This document shows positions 10,189-21,500 of a stretch of DNA of 64,000 nt, in pieces; position 1 is the stretch's first letter, and each line of letters starts with the position of its first letter. Location: the IMG/VR virus record IMGVR_UViG_3300025840_004398. One strand, 5' to 3'. This DNA comes from a virus. Taxonomy: Duplodnaviria > Caudoviricetes. The notes below the pieces were generated by a model. It made no database searches. It worked only from the letters and a program-made list of their open reading frames with translations, and was not told where the DNA came from. The position numbers were made by a program, and so were the translations under genes.

Positions 10189-13155
10189 ATGATTATACAC
10201 AGTCCCGTAATTTCAGGTTCATTAACCTTCGCAGAAGGAGCTACATTCACATTACCAGATAATGGTGTTTATAGTGGTTCATTCTCAGGTTCAATACAAA
10301 CCGCAGGTGGTTCATTAACAATTGATGATACTACGTTCTCAAGCTTCAGTTCATCTGTATCAAGTTCTATTGGTGGAATATCCACAGACTTTGCAGATTT
10401 TAGTGGAAACGTAACAGCATCAGCAGTTTCTGCCAGTGGAGTGATAAGTGGTTCTCAAATAGTAGCTGCCCAAGCTCATATTGATGGAATTACTTTTAAC
10501 GTTGGTACAAATAATATGGTATCCATTGGAAGTAGCACAGGAGCAAATCCATTTAATTTGGGTGACCAAGGTTTATATATTAATTCTTCTGTTGGTAACA
10601 CATCCGGATTCATTTCATTAGCAAATCAAGGAACAACAAAGGGTTCTATCTACTCTTATAATGGTTCCTTTATTATACAACCAGCAACTGGAGAAGATAC
10701 AATAATTTACGCAGATGGTGGAAATGGTGGATTATTACTTGATGCTGATGGGACTGCATCACTTGATTATCACTTATTACCAACTACCAACGTTGCACAA
10801 GATTTAGGTTCTCCTACTCTAAGATGGAGAGATTTATATCTTTCTGGAAATACCTTCAACTTGGGTGGTACTAAAATAAAAGCACCAGCTGCTGGAGGAC
10901 TTACTTTTACAAATGCAGATGATACTCCAGCTACGGTAACTGCAGCTCAACTTGTAGTTTCAAGTTCAGCAGGTGAGGTAGTATTGGAAGTTGATACAGA
11001 TACAGGAGGACTTAAAACAACAACTACGGCTGGTGTAACTGGTTCTTCTGCAAACATTAACCCAACAGATGGTACACTACCATATAGAAGTGGTTCTGAT
11101 TTTGGAGATTCCTTTTTAGCACAATCAGCTACATCTATTGATATAGGTGGCCACTTTATTCCTAGTGCACACAACACTTATGATTTAGGTTCTACTACAA
11201 AATATTGGAGAGACCTTTATCTATCATCTGGTTCCCTTTATATCAATGGTGTTCAAGTACTTTCAACAACTGGAACTGATTTCTTAGTACAAACAGATGG
11301 TGGTGAGAACTTTAAAATCCAAGAAACTGGTGCTGATACAATCACACTAGAAACTGCAAATGGTGATATTACTCTTACCGCTACTGGTACTGGTAACATT
11401 GAATTAGATGCACCTGTTCAAATTGCAGCAGGAAAAAACATTTTATCTTCTGATGGAAATGCAATTTCATTTGCAAGTGATATCAATGCGGGTACTAATA
11501 GAATTTATTCAACAAATATTGGTAAATTAGATGGTACTTCAACTGTAACAGGTTCATTTGAAGGTGATGGTAGTGGATTGACTGGATTACCAACAAATTT
11601 AACTCTTTCTGGTTCTAGTGGAAATGATGTATTAAGTTTACTTGATGATGCACTTTCAATTATTGGTACTACTAATGAAGTTGAAACAACGGTAACTGAT
11701 AATACTGTTACAGTTGGATTACCAAATGATGTAACTATTGGAAATGATTTAACAGTTGGAAACGACTTAACAGTAACAAGCAATACTACTATTCTTGGAA
11801 ACTTAACAGTACAAGGTACACAAACTCAACTTAATACTGCAACACTTAATATTGAAGATAAAAACTTACTAATTGCAAGTGGAGCAGCCGATTCACCAGC
11901 AGCAAATGGAGCTGGTATTACAATCGATGGAGCAAGTGTAACATTCAATTGGGATAGTACTCAAAATAGAATGGATTTAAGTTCAGATTTAGAAATCACT
12001 GGAGGTGATTTGTATGTTGATACTATTCATGGAGTAGGTGGTACTGATGTTGCTATTGATTCAAGTCATACCCTTTCAGTTGCAGCAGAAAAATTAAAAA
12101 TTGGTGGAACTCCAGTAACATCAACTGCAGCAGAACTTAACTTATTAGATACTGCAGTTGCAGGAACGATAGTTAACTCAAAAGCAGTAATCTATGGGGC
12201 AGCTGGAGAAGTAAACGCAACTACACTACAAATTGGTGGAACTTCTATTACGGCAACAGCAACAGAACTTAATCAATTAGATGATAACACGGTAGGTGGT
12301 ACAACCGCAGGAGATATTGTAACAATAGATGCTACTCAAACACTTACTAATAAAACAATAGCAGCTTCACAAGTAACTGAAATCAGTAACTTAACTGCAG
12401 ATGAAGGTGCTCAGTTAGAGAACATTGGTACAACTACAATTTCAGCAGCTCAATGGGGTTACTTAGGTGGTTTAACCGCTACTAATACAGAACTTAATCA
12501 ATTAGATGGTAATACAGTAGGTGGTACAACTGCAGGAGATATTGTAACAATAGATGGTTCACAAACTCTTAGTAACAAAACAATTGCAGCTTCACAAGTA
12601 ACTGAAATCAGTAACTTAACTGCAGATGAAGGAGCTCAATTAGAAAATATTGGCACAACTACAATCTCATCAACTCAATGGGGTTACTTAGGAGCAATGA
12701 ACCAAGGTGTAACTACCACATCTAGTGTAACATTTGCTAGTGTATCTTCTACTGGTGACGTTATTGCATACGCTTCCTCTGATGAAAGATTAAAAGATAA
12801 TATTTCAAATATTACTGAACCAATCAGTAAATTGAATGAAATTAGAGGTGTAAAATGGGAATGGAACGATAACGCAGATTCACTCCAAAAACAACTACCA
12901 ACAGTTGGTGTAATTGCTCAAGAAGTAGAAAAGGTTTTACCTGAACTTGTAAATACAAGAGATAATGGATATAAAGCAGTTGACTACTCAAAATTAACAG
13001 CACTTCTAATTGAATGTATAAAAGAGCAACAAAAAGAAATCGAAGGTTTACATACATCTTTACAATCTCAAAATGAGACAAACAATGAATTAATTCAGAA
13101 TGCTTTGTCTAAAATTAATGATTTAAAGGATGAAGTAGACCAACTAAAATCTTAA
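10189..13155 (+). CDS. Tail fibre with C-terminal Peptidase_S74 chaperone (988 aa)
   Basis: AYASS-DERLKD...GVKWEWN...GVIAQEVEKVLPELV...AVDYSKLTALLIECIKE followed by a coiled coil; fibre-type G/T-rich body. Confidence 0.85.
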   Translation: MIIHSPVISGSLTFAEGATFTLPDNGVYSGSFSGSIQTAGGSLTIDDTTFSSFSSSVSSSIGGISTDFADFSGNVTASAVSASGVISGSQIVAAQAHIDGITFNVGTNNMVSIGSSTGANPFNLGDQGLYINSSVGNTSGFISLANQGTTKGSIYSYNGSFIIQPATGEDTIIYADGGNGGLLLDADGTASLDYHLLPTTNVAQDLGSPTLRWRDLYLSGNTFNLGGTKIKAPAAGGLTFTNADDTPATVTAAQLVVSSSAGEVVLEVDTDTGGLKTTTTAGVTGSSANINPTDGTLPYRSGSDFGDSFLAQSATSIDIGGHFIPSAHNTYDLGSTTKYWRDLYLSSGSLYINGVQVLSTTGTDFLVQTDGGENFKIQETGADTITLETANGDITLTATGTGNIELDAPVQIAAGKNILSSDGNAISFASDINAGTNRIYSTNIGKLDGTSTVTGSFEGDGSGLTGLPTNLTLSGSSGNDVLSLLDDALSIIGTTNEVETTVTDNTVTVGLPNDVTIGNDLTVGNDLTVTSNTTILGNLTVQGTQTQLNTATLNIEDKNLLIASGAADSPAANGAGITIDGASVTFNWDSTQNRMDLSSDLEITGGDLYVDTIHGVGGTDVAIDSSHTLSVAAEKLKIGGTPVTSTAAELNLLDTAVAGTIVNSKAVIYGAAGEVNATTLQIGGTSITATATELNQLDDNTVGGTTAGDIVTIDATQTLTNKTIAASQVTEISNLTADEGAQLENIGTTTISAAQWGYLGGLTATNTELNQLDGNTVGGTTAGDIVTIDGSQTLSNKTIAASQVTEISNLTADEGAQLENIGTTTISSTQWGYLGAMNQGVTTTSSVTFASVSSTGDVIAYASSDERLKDNISNITEPISKLNEIRGVKWEWNDNADSLQKQLPTVGVIAQEVEKVLPELVNTRDNGYKAVDYSKLTALLIECIKEQQKEIEGLHTSLQSQNETNNELIQNALSKINDLKDEVDQLKS
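12265..12693 (+). repeat. Coding tandem duplication, period 225 bp (75 aa)
   Basis: ELNQLDxNTVGGTTAGDIVTID...EISNLTADEGAQLENIGTTTISxxQWGYLG occurs twice (starts 12265 and 12490). Confidence 0.9.
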
Positions 13156-13174
13156 AAATAAAGGTAATATTAAT

Positions 13175-13197
13175 AACCCTCCTTTATAGGGGGGTTT
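13175..13197 (+). terminator. Probable terminator hairpin
   Basis: AACCCTCCT-TTAT-AGGGGGGTT stem after the ORF 10189 stop; T tail is short. Confidence 0.6.
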
Positions 13198-13263
13198 AAT
13201 CCTTATATAAGGATTTTTATTTACCAACTAATTATATAATGAAATCGGTAATAAGTCATAAAT

Positions 13264-16200
13264 ATGGCACAAGTAGTAAAATTAAAAAGAACATCAGTAC
13301 AGGGTAAAATACCTACTACTTCCAATCTTGAATTGGGAGAGTTGGCAATAAACACTTATGATGGTAGGATATTTTTTGAAAAAGATGATGGAATTCAATC
13401 TATACAAGAAATTCTTACCACAAATGCATTAAACTCAGGGTCTTTTAATTTAATAGGTGCTATATCGGCTTCTTCATTCGTTTCAGCTTCACATTTTGTT
13501 GGTGATGGTAGTGGACTTATTAATGTTACTGCTACTTCTGTTCCCTTTAGTTCTATAACAGGAAAACCAACTCTTGTAAGTGGTTCATCTCAAATTGATG
13601 TAACTCAAACTCAATTATATTCTTCATTAGCAACTACTGGTTCAAATACATTTGTAGGTTCACAAACAATACAAAATTCAAGTGTTGGTGCAAATTATTC
13701 TTTACAAGTACAAGGTTCAACAACAGGAGATAGATTTGGTGTAATTACTAACTCTACTGCTGGAAATGGAATTGTAATTAATTCAAGAAATGCATCTAAT
13801 ACTACCAATACTAAATTATCATTTAGTGGTTCTTCATTTGAATTTGGTGGTGGAGATGTAACATTTTTAGATAATGTAACAATCGATGGTACATTAACCA
13901 TAAATTCTGCAGCAGATGTTTTAATTGAAGAAAATACACTAAAGTTAAACTATGGAAAATCATTTGATAGTGGTGGATTAGAAGTTGCTGGCACAAATGG
14001 AACAGGTTCATTATTATGGGATGATGCGACAAGTAGATGGATTGCTGGTACTTTAGGAAGTGAAGTTCCTATTTTATTAAATTCATCTCAGGTGACACTT
14101 AGTGGTGTAACTGGATTTACGGCATTTTCATCTTCAGTAGATTCAAGATTAGATGCACTTGAAATCGATACTGGTTCACAAGACAATAGAATAGATTCTT
14201 TAGAATCATTTTCATCTTCTCTATCAACAACAGAAAACACATATAGTGGTTCATTTAGTGGTTCTTTTGTTGGAGATGGTTCTCAACTTAGTGGTGTAAC
14301 ATCTTATACAGATGCAGATACACTTGTATATATCAATTCACAAGGGGTAATTAGTGGTTCATCTCAATTAGAAGGTTTTGTTTCACAAAGTGGAAACTTT
14401 GTAGCTAATGAAACCATAATAGCTACCGGTACAAACTCAGTTACTTCTTCAAATATACTTGCATTAGATACTACAAACAATTACTTAGGTATCAATCAAT
14501 CCAACCCAGAAGTTACACTTCATATGACGGGTGATGGTGCACAAACTGCTCAAATTAGAATGGAGCAGTTTAACGATAGTTCAGATGCACCTGATATTAG
14601 AACAAGAAAAGCCAGAGGTACTTCAGCATCACCTGCAAAAAATAATGCTGGTGATTTTATATACAGACAAAATTCTGAAAGATATAATGGTTCAGCATAT
14701 ACCACAGTAGGTCAATTTGCAGTAGATACAAATAGCTCAAATGCAGATAGATTCCAACTTACTTTGACAGTTAGTGAAGATGGTAACACAATCGATGCTG
14801 CTGCTGCACAATTTAAGATTGATGGTAATGATGGTGGTGCGATTACTTTTAACGATGCATATAAATTCCCAACATCTGATGGAACAAATGGACAAGCACT
14901 TGTTACAAATGGTAGTGGTGTTTTAAGCTTTGTTACTGCAACATCTTATACAGATGCAGATACACTTCTATATATCAATTCACAGGGGGTAATTAGTGGA
15001 AGTTCTCAAGTTACTTCTTCATTATTAAATCAAGATGTTGATTTAGGTACTGGTGATTTAACTGCAACTGATATTACATCTACTAACTTTACCATAAACG
15101 ATACCTTAACTGCTCCTACTATTACAGGTTCGTTACTCCGTCTTGATGAAAATGGTAGTGGATTACGAATGACCAATGTTGGTGCATTCGATAACTCATC
15201 AGGTGATTTTAGAATATTTGCAAATCAAGACTTAATTCTTGCTACAAATGGTCAAAATGGTACAGCAGTTACCATTGACCAAACTACAAAAGATGCTACA
15301 TTTACAGGTAATATATCAGCAGTAAATCTTACCTTGAGTGGTGATTTAACTGTTAGTGGAACGACCACAACAGTAAATTCAGAAACAATTAACATCTCAG
15401 GTTCATTACTAAAACTTAATTATGGTGGTGGTGCAGTAGATGGTGGAATAGAAGTAACTGATTCAACCCTAAGTGGTTTAGATACTGGTTCTTTAATATG
15501 GGATGGTACTAACAACTATTGGAAAGCTGGAGTAAAAGGTTCAGAAGTTAAATTATTAAGAGCAGAAGGAGATGGAATCCTTTCTGGTTCTCAACAAGTA
15601 ATAGATTCTTTACCAAGTGGTGTAATTAGTGGTTCATCACAAATAACAGATGGAAGTGGTATTTTATCATCATCAAACGAAAACTTTACAACATTTAGTT
15701 CTTCAGTAGATTCAAGATTAGATGCACTTGAAATCGATACTGGTTCTCAAGATAGTAGATTAGATTCTTTAGAATTATTTTCATCTTCTCTATCAACAAC
15801 AGAAAACACATATAGTGGTTCATTTAGTGGTTCATTTAGTGGTTCATTCGCACTTGAAAATGTAACTACTGATATTTTACCAGTTGACAACGAAGTACAA
15901 AGTTTAGGTTCTCCTACCAAGAGATTTGCGGAAGTTTATTTAAGTAACAATTCTGCTAAATTCCCAAGTGGTAGTTTCGGGATGAATGATTTTGGTGATT
16001 TTACATTAGAAGATAATAATGGAGATGCTACATCTCTTATAACATCCGTACTTAAATTAAAAGATACTGTTACCGATACAATATATAGTATAACGGCTGC
16101 TAATGATATAGTTGAAGTAAGTACTGATGTTAGTGTATCTGGTGATATTACTTTATCTGGAACAGTTGATGGAATCGACCTTCAATCATTTAGTTCTTCG

Positions 16201-18558
16201 TTAGATTCAAGATTAGATAGTTTAGAAACCGATACTGGTTCTCAAGATAGTAGATTAGATTCTTTAGAATTATATACACAATCACTTGATATAACCAATG
16301 CAGTAATAACTGGTTCATTTACTGGTTCATTTATTGGAGATGGTAGTGGATTGACTGGAATTGTTGCAGATGGTACAATATCTGGTTCAGACCAATTAAC
16401 AAGTTCTTTAGACTTATTATATGAACCAATTGCAAGTGGAACTCATACATTAGTTTCATCGTCTGCACAAGTAATATCACTTCTACCAACGGGAACAGTA
16501 AGTGGTTCATCTCAAGTATTAGGTGGAAGTGGAATATACTCATCCTCAACTCAAGTAGTATCTTCTTTATCAAATCAAACAGTTAATTTTGGTACTGGTG
16601 ATATTACTGCAAATTCATTTAGTGGAGATGGTAGTAGTTTAACAGGTATTACAGTAGCACAAGCTGCAACAGTTGCAGATAGTTTTACAAATCAAACTTC
16701 CGTAACAGTAACTCACAACTTTAATACAAGAAATATACTTGTTGCGGTTTATGATAGTTCTAATAATCAAATTATACCACAAAATGTAAATACCTCAAAC
16801 TTAGACCAAGCAGTTATTACATTCCCAAATGCAGTAACAGGTACGGTGGTTGTTGCAAAAGGTGGTCATATTGTTAATGCAGCTGCAACACAATTTGGTG
16901 GAAACTTCACGGCTAATTCAAGTTTGAATGGATATACATTATCAGGTTCTGGTGATATTGATTTTGTTGGTGATTTAACTGTAAATGGTAATGCAACAAT
17001 TACAGGTACACTTACCCTATCAAACGCAGATGATATAAGAATTCAAGATAATACTTTACTTTTAAACTGGGGTAAAGGAAATACTGATGGTGGATTGCAA
17101 GTTTCATCCAATAGCGGAGCAACAGGTTCTTTATTATGGGATGAAAGTGTAGGTGTTTGGAAAGGTGGTACTTTATCTAGTGAGTATACATTCTATACTA
17201 CTAATAATTTTAGTATTTCAAATATAAACTCATTTACTCAATCCATTGATACAAGAGTAACAAATACAGAATCAACAGGTTCGGTTCATGAAAGTAGATT
17301 GGATAGTTTAGAATCGGCTACTGGTTCATACCAATCACTAGGAGCTGGTGTTTTATCTGGTTCTCAACAAATAACAGATTTTGGATTCATTAGTGGTTCT
17401 GATTTAGATGATATTCATTTATATACTTCATCATTAAAAACTGCTATTGAAGTTAGTGGTACTAACCTAACAGTACTTGGTGATTTAACTGTACAAGGTA
17501 CTAATACATCATTAAACACAACTCAACTTTTAATTGAAGATAAATTAATAACATTAGCAAGTGGTTCTACTACATCATTACAAGCCGATGGAGCTGGTAT
17601 TGAAATTGAAGGAGCTAATAAATCTTTAACTTGGAATCATACTAATAGTTCTTTCCTATTTGATGCTAAAGTAAGTTCATCAGTAGGATTTAAAGGAAAT
17701 GGTTCTGAATTAACCGATATTGTATATTCTAATATTGATTTTGGTGGAACAGGTGTACTAAGCGGTTCAGACCAAGTAACTTCTTCACTTGATTTAAGAT
17801 ACTTAGAAATCAACGGAGATGGTGTACTAAGCGGTTCAGACCAAGTAACTTCATCTTTAGATTTAAGATACTTAGAAATTAATGGTGATGGTGTGTTAAG
17901 TGGGTCAGACCAAGTAACTTCTTCACTTGATTTAAGATACTTAGAAATCAACGGTGATAATGTTCTATCATCATCAAATGAAAACTTTAGTGATTTTTCA
18001 CAATCAATAGATACAAGATTACAATCAGCAGAATCTTTCTCTGCTTCACTTGACATCAATAACGCAATACTTACTGGTTCATTCACAGGTTCATTTACTG
18101 GTGATGGTAGTGGATTAACCGGATTAACAGTTGACCAAGTAGCTTCTGTAACCGCCTCGTTTAGTAATCAATCAACAATTAATGTTGCACACAACTTTGA
18201 TACATATAACGTTATAACTTCAGTATATGATGATACTTTAAACCAGATTATACCACAAACCGTTTCATTAACTGACACAAACACACTACAAGTTGTTTTA
18301 TCATCAACCGAATCCGGTCATGTAGTAGTTGCAAAGGGTGGTCATGTTATAGGTGATGGTTCTTATAGAGTATCTGTATCAGGAAACACTTCTTATACTA
18401 TTACCCATAACCTTAATGAAGATTATCCATTCGTACAATCATGGAACACTGTTTCGGGCCAAATGGAAATACCTAAATCAGTAACAAGTAACTCATCTAA
18501 TGAACTAACAGTAGTATTCGATACGACATTTAGTGGTAAAATAATAGTTAAAAAGTAA
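13264..18558 (+). CDS. Long tail fibre-like virion protein (1764 aa)
   Basis: Mtd_N-like start (KLKRT...P....LELGELAINTYDGRIF), repeated LLWD...W(K/I)(A/G)G modules, three THN(F/L) domains, 48-aa duplication (14125-14268 and 15694-15837). No S74 domain. Confidence 0.8.
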   Translation: MAQVVKLKRTSVQGKIPTTSNLELGELAINTYDGRIFFEKDDGIQSIQEILTTNALNSGSFNLIGAISASSFVSASHFVGDGSGLINVTATSVPFSSITGKPTLVSGSSQIDVTQTQLYSSLATTGSNTFVGSQTIQNSSVGANYSLQVQGSTTGDRFGVITNSTAGNGIVINSRNASNTTNTKLSFSGSSFEFGGGDVTFLDNVTIDGTLTINSAADVLIEENTLKLNYGKSFDSGGLEVAGTNGTGSLLWDDATSRWIAGTLGSEVPILLNSSQVTLSGVTGFTAFSSSVDSRLDALEIDTGSQDNRIDSLESFSSSLSTTENTYSGSFSGSFVGDGSQLSGVTSYTDADTLVYINSQGVISGSSQLEGFVSQSGNFVANETIIATGTNSVTSSNILALDTTNNYLGINQSNPEVTLHMTGDGAQTAQIRMEQFNDSSDAPDIRTRKARGTSASPAKNNAGDFIYRQNSERYNGSAYTTVGQFAVDTNSSNADRFQLTLTVSEDGNTIDAAAAQFKIDGNDGGAITFNDAYKFPTSDGTNGQALVTNGSGVLSFVTATSYTDADTLLYINSQGVISGSSQVTSSLLNQDVDLGTGDLTATDITSTNFTINDTLTAPTITGSLLRLDENGSGLRMTNVGAFDNSSGDFRIFANQDLILATNGQNGTAVTIDQTTKDATFTGNISAVNLTLSGDLTVSGTTTTVNSETINISGSLLKLNYGGGAVDGGIEVTDSTLSGLDTGSLIWDGTNNYWKAGVKGSEVKLLRAEGDGILSGSQQVIDSLPSGVISGSSQITDGSGILSSSNENFTTFSSSVDSRLDALEIDTGSQDSRLDSLELFSSSLSTTENTYSGSFSGSFSGSFALENVTTDILPVDNEVQSLGSPTKRFAEVYLSNNSAKFPSGSFGMNDFGDFTLEDNNGDATSLITSVLKLKDTVTDTIYSITAANDIVEVSTDVSVSGDITLSGTVDGIDLQSFSSSLDSRLDSLETDTGSQDSRLDSLELYTQSLDITNAVITGSFTGSFIGDGSGLTGIVADGTISGSDQLTSSLDLLYEPIASGTHTLVSSSAQVISLLPTGTVSGSSQVLGGSGIYSSSTQVVSSLSNQTVNFGTGDITANSFSGDGSSLTGITVAQAATVADSFTNQTSVTVTHNFNTRNILVAVYDSSNNQIIPQNVNTSNLDQAVITFPNAVTGTVVVAKGGHIVNAAATQFGGNFTANSSLNGYTLSGSGDIDFVGDLTVNGNATITGTLTLSNADDIRIQDNTLLLNWGKGNTDGGLQVSSNSGATGSLLWDESVGVWKGGTLSSEYTFYTTNNFSISNINSFTQSIDTRVTNTESTGSVHESRLDSLESATGSYQSLGAGVLSGSQQITDFGFISGSDLDDIHLYTSSLKTAIEVSGTNLTVLGDLTVQGTNTSLNTTQLLIEDKLITLASGSTTSLQADGAGIEIEGANKSLTWNHTNSSFLFDAKVSSSVGFKGNGSELTDIVYSNIDFGGTGVLSGSDQVTSSLDLRYLEINGDGVLSGSDQVTSSLDLRYLEINGDGVLSGSDQVTSSLDLRYLEINGDNVLSSSNENFSDFSQSIDTRLQSAESFSASLDINNAILTGSFTGSFTGDGSGLTGLTVDQVASVTASFSNQSTINVAHNFDTYNVITSVYDDTLNQIIPQTVSLTDTNTLQVVLSSTESGHVVVAKGGHVIGDGSYRVSVSGNTSYTITHNLNEDYPFVQSWNTVSGQMEIPKSVTSNSSNELTVVFDTTFSGKIIVKK
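17752..17958 (+). repeat. Coding tandem repeat, 23 aa (69 bp) x3
   Basis: GVLSGSDQVTSSLDLRYLEINGD occurs three times with synonymous differences. Confidence 0.9.
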
Positions 18559-18562
18559 TGGT

Positions 18563-21500
18563 ATGGCTACAGAATGGAATCAAACAACATTTTTATCAAC
18601 TTCAGGTGGTGAGGTAGCACAATTTATTTCAGGTGCAGTTGCATCAGGTGGAAGTGGTGGAAGTTCTTCATCAAGTGGTAATACTGGTAGTATAACAATA
18701 ACTGAAGATACTTCTATTGATTTTGGAAATGCATTTAGCTATCCAGCATACTCTGTTGACCACCAATCAAATGGTAAACTTATAGTTGGTGCAACTAACA
18801 ATTCATATGATGGAACTAATAATTCAACAAAAATATTTAGATTAGCTACTGATGGTACTTTAGATACTTCATTTGGTAACAGAGGTGGAATAACTTATCC
18901 TGGTGTTGATAATATGTCTTACCCAAGGGTAAAAGTTGACCCTATAAATGATAAGATATATGTAAATCCACGATATGGAAAGTTGTATGAAACAACCGGT
19001 ACAAATGAAAGTCAATTATATTATGGTTCACCTCTAACAAGACTTTCTTATTTGTTTAGGTTAAATTCTGATGGTAGTTATGATACAACTTTTAATTCAA
19101 ATGTATATTCTACATTTGGGGGACAATATTCTGCTACAAGTTACCTTATATCAGATTTTGATTTACAAAGTGATGGTAAAATCATAGTAACATCTGAAAA
19201 ATCAGGTTCTTTATTTAGATTAAATCAAAATGGTACTTTAGATAATACATTTAGAAATGGACCTTTAACCGGTTCAACTCAAATGGGAGATGCAACACCT
19301 CCAATGAATACAGGATATCCTAGAACTGTTGTTGTTTTACCCGATGATTCAATTGTTTTCGATATTGCAGATAATACAACATATGAAACATCATCTTTAG
19401 GATATAGTAATACCTTCCATTATACCAGAAGGCCAATAAGAAAAGCATCAGCTGATGGTGCATTGGATACTACATTTAATTCCAATCAAAGTAATTATTA
19501 TGGGCCAAATACCAGAGCTGTAAGATATTCTCACACTCCACATACTATGTTTGCATGGAATGATGGAACTCTTATAATGGGAGGTATTGGAACTCAAATA
19601 TCAGGTTCAAATACATCTCAAAGTTTAGATTTTAGTAGAGTATTCGTACCTGAGTATGGAATACCTGGATATTCATCATATCCTTGGTCAACTCCTTCTG
19701 TATTAACTCAAATATCCCAAAGTGATGCAACCTATATACCAAATGGTAGTAGTGGATTTGTTATAAACGATGTTGGATTGAGAAATGCTGGTCGTAGTAA
19801 TTCTTGGCCAAAAGGATATGACGATTTAGTTACTGATATAGAAAGAGATAAAGTTGGTAACCATTGGGTAGCTGGTATTTTTAATAATTGGGTTGATAAA
19901 AGTGGTAATGTTACTGAAACAGATTGGTATCAGAATCATGCTATACCAACAGAACAACATATTTTAAGAATAAGACCTGATGGTAATATTGATATGTTGG
20001 ATTCTCCATATTTGGATACCGATACAAGTACAGTTAGTTGGGGTATTATAACAGAACCTATAAGTGATATTGCACTATGGCATGATACAGATGATATAAA
20101 AGTAACATTTGTTGGTAAGTTTGATAATGTAAGTTCTGCTAAAGGTGGTATTCTTCAATTTAAAGTAGCAAATGCATATGGATTCACACATACAGTTGGT
20201 ACATATAATGATGGTAGATATGAATTATCATGTGATAAATCGGGTTCAGTAACAGAAGGACAAACTATTACTTGGACATTGCACACTAGAGGAGTTCCAA
20301 CAGGTAATGTTGCTTACACAATTAGTGGAATTACATCTGCCGATTTATCCGCTGGTAGTTTAACTGGTAACTTTAATGTAAATTATCATACCTATAAATG
20401 GGGAAGTCAAGTATCTGTAACTTTAGCAGATGATGGTACTTATGAAACTGAAAATATAACACTTACACTTGATGGAACTGGAATATCACAAACAATTTCA
20501 ATAACTGATACAACATCACAACCATCTGGTGGAGGTGGTGGTGTACCTGGAGCAGGAGTTTATTCTAATGATTGGATGGAAGTTTCTGGTAGTACTACCT
20601 TTAATTTGGTATCAGGAAGTGAAATGACATATAAAATAACTTTAACAGATAACAGTTATTGGAGTAATACCTCTGTTGATGTAACATCTGGTGATTTTTA
20701 TTTTCGAAACTTCAATTATCCTGTCAATAATGCAACTCATGGAGCAACACTTAGAGCAACAGATAGAGGTTTTACTGAAGTTCAATTTGATTTAGATGAT
20801 AGTTATGGTACAATTACTGGAAGTCATTTATTTTTTCACGATGGTGTAGCTGAGTTTAAAGCAATTTATAAGGATTCAACTTATCCAGCATACACAGCAT
20901 CTGCTATAACTAATGGTGATTACTTAACATATAAACCAGGATTGTGGAGGCTTTATAAAAATGGAACTGGTGATATTACATATTCTCCGGGAGTTGGTTC
21001 TAATGATTATAGAAACATAGCACATAGTTCATCAATCAATTGGACTTTACAAGATTGGCCATCTACATCTACAACTTCTTCAATAAGTCAAAGACTTACT
21101 TTATATCCCAATAAAACTATATATTGGGTTAGTAGGTCATTAGATGATGGTGCTTCTGGATATCCAAATGGTCAAACATATAGTAGTGTAAATACTCTTA
21201 ATACTCCAATGAAAATTGGTGATTACATTTATGATGCAACGGGTTCTATTCGAAGTACATATAGTGACTTTGTTGCAACTCATAATTCGGGTACAAGCAG
21301 TTATTTTGATTTCTCAGACCCATCTCCATATGCACCTCATAGACATGCCGCTATTTCTAAAGGACAAGTAATTAAGACTTGGTATAATGATGGTCAAAAA
21401 CAAGGAAATTGGAATCCTGTTATAAAATCTTTATTTACTGGTTCATATGAATGGACAGTAGATTCACCTGAATATAATAAAGTAAGAACCTTTGAAGTTC

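Noticed and set aside
485-18558. Diversity-generating retroelement acting on Mtd_N-bearing fibres
   Set aside because: No reverse transcriptase in the window. Differences between repeat copies are mostly synonymous and not adenine-specific, and no non-coding template copy was seen.
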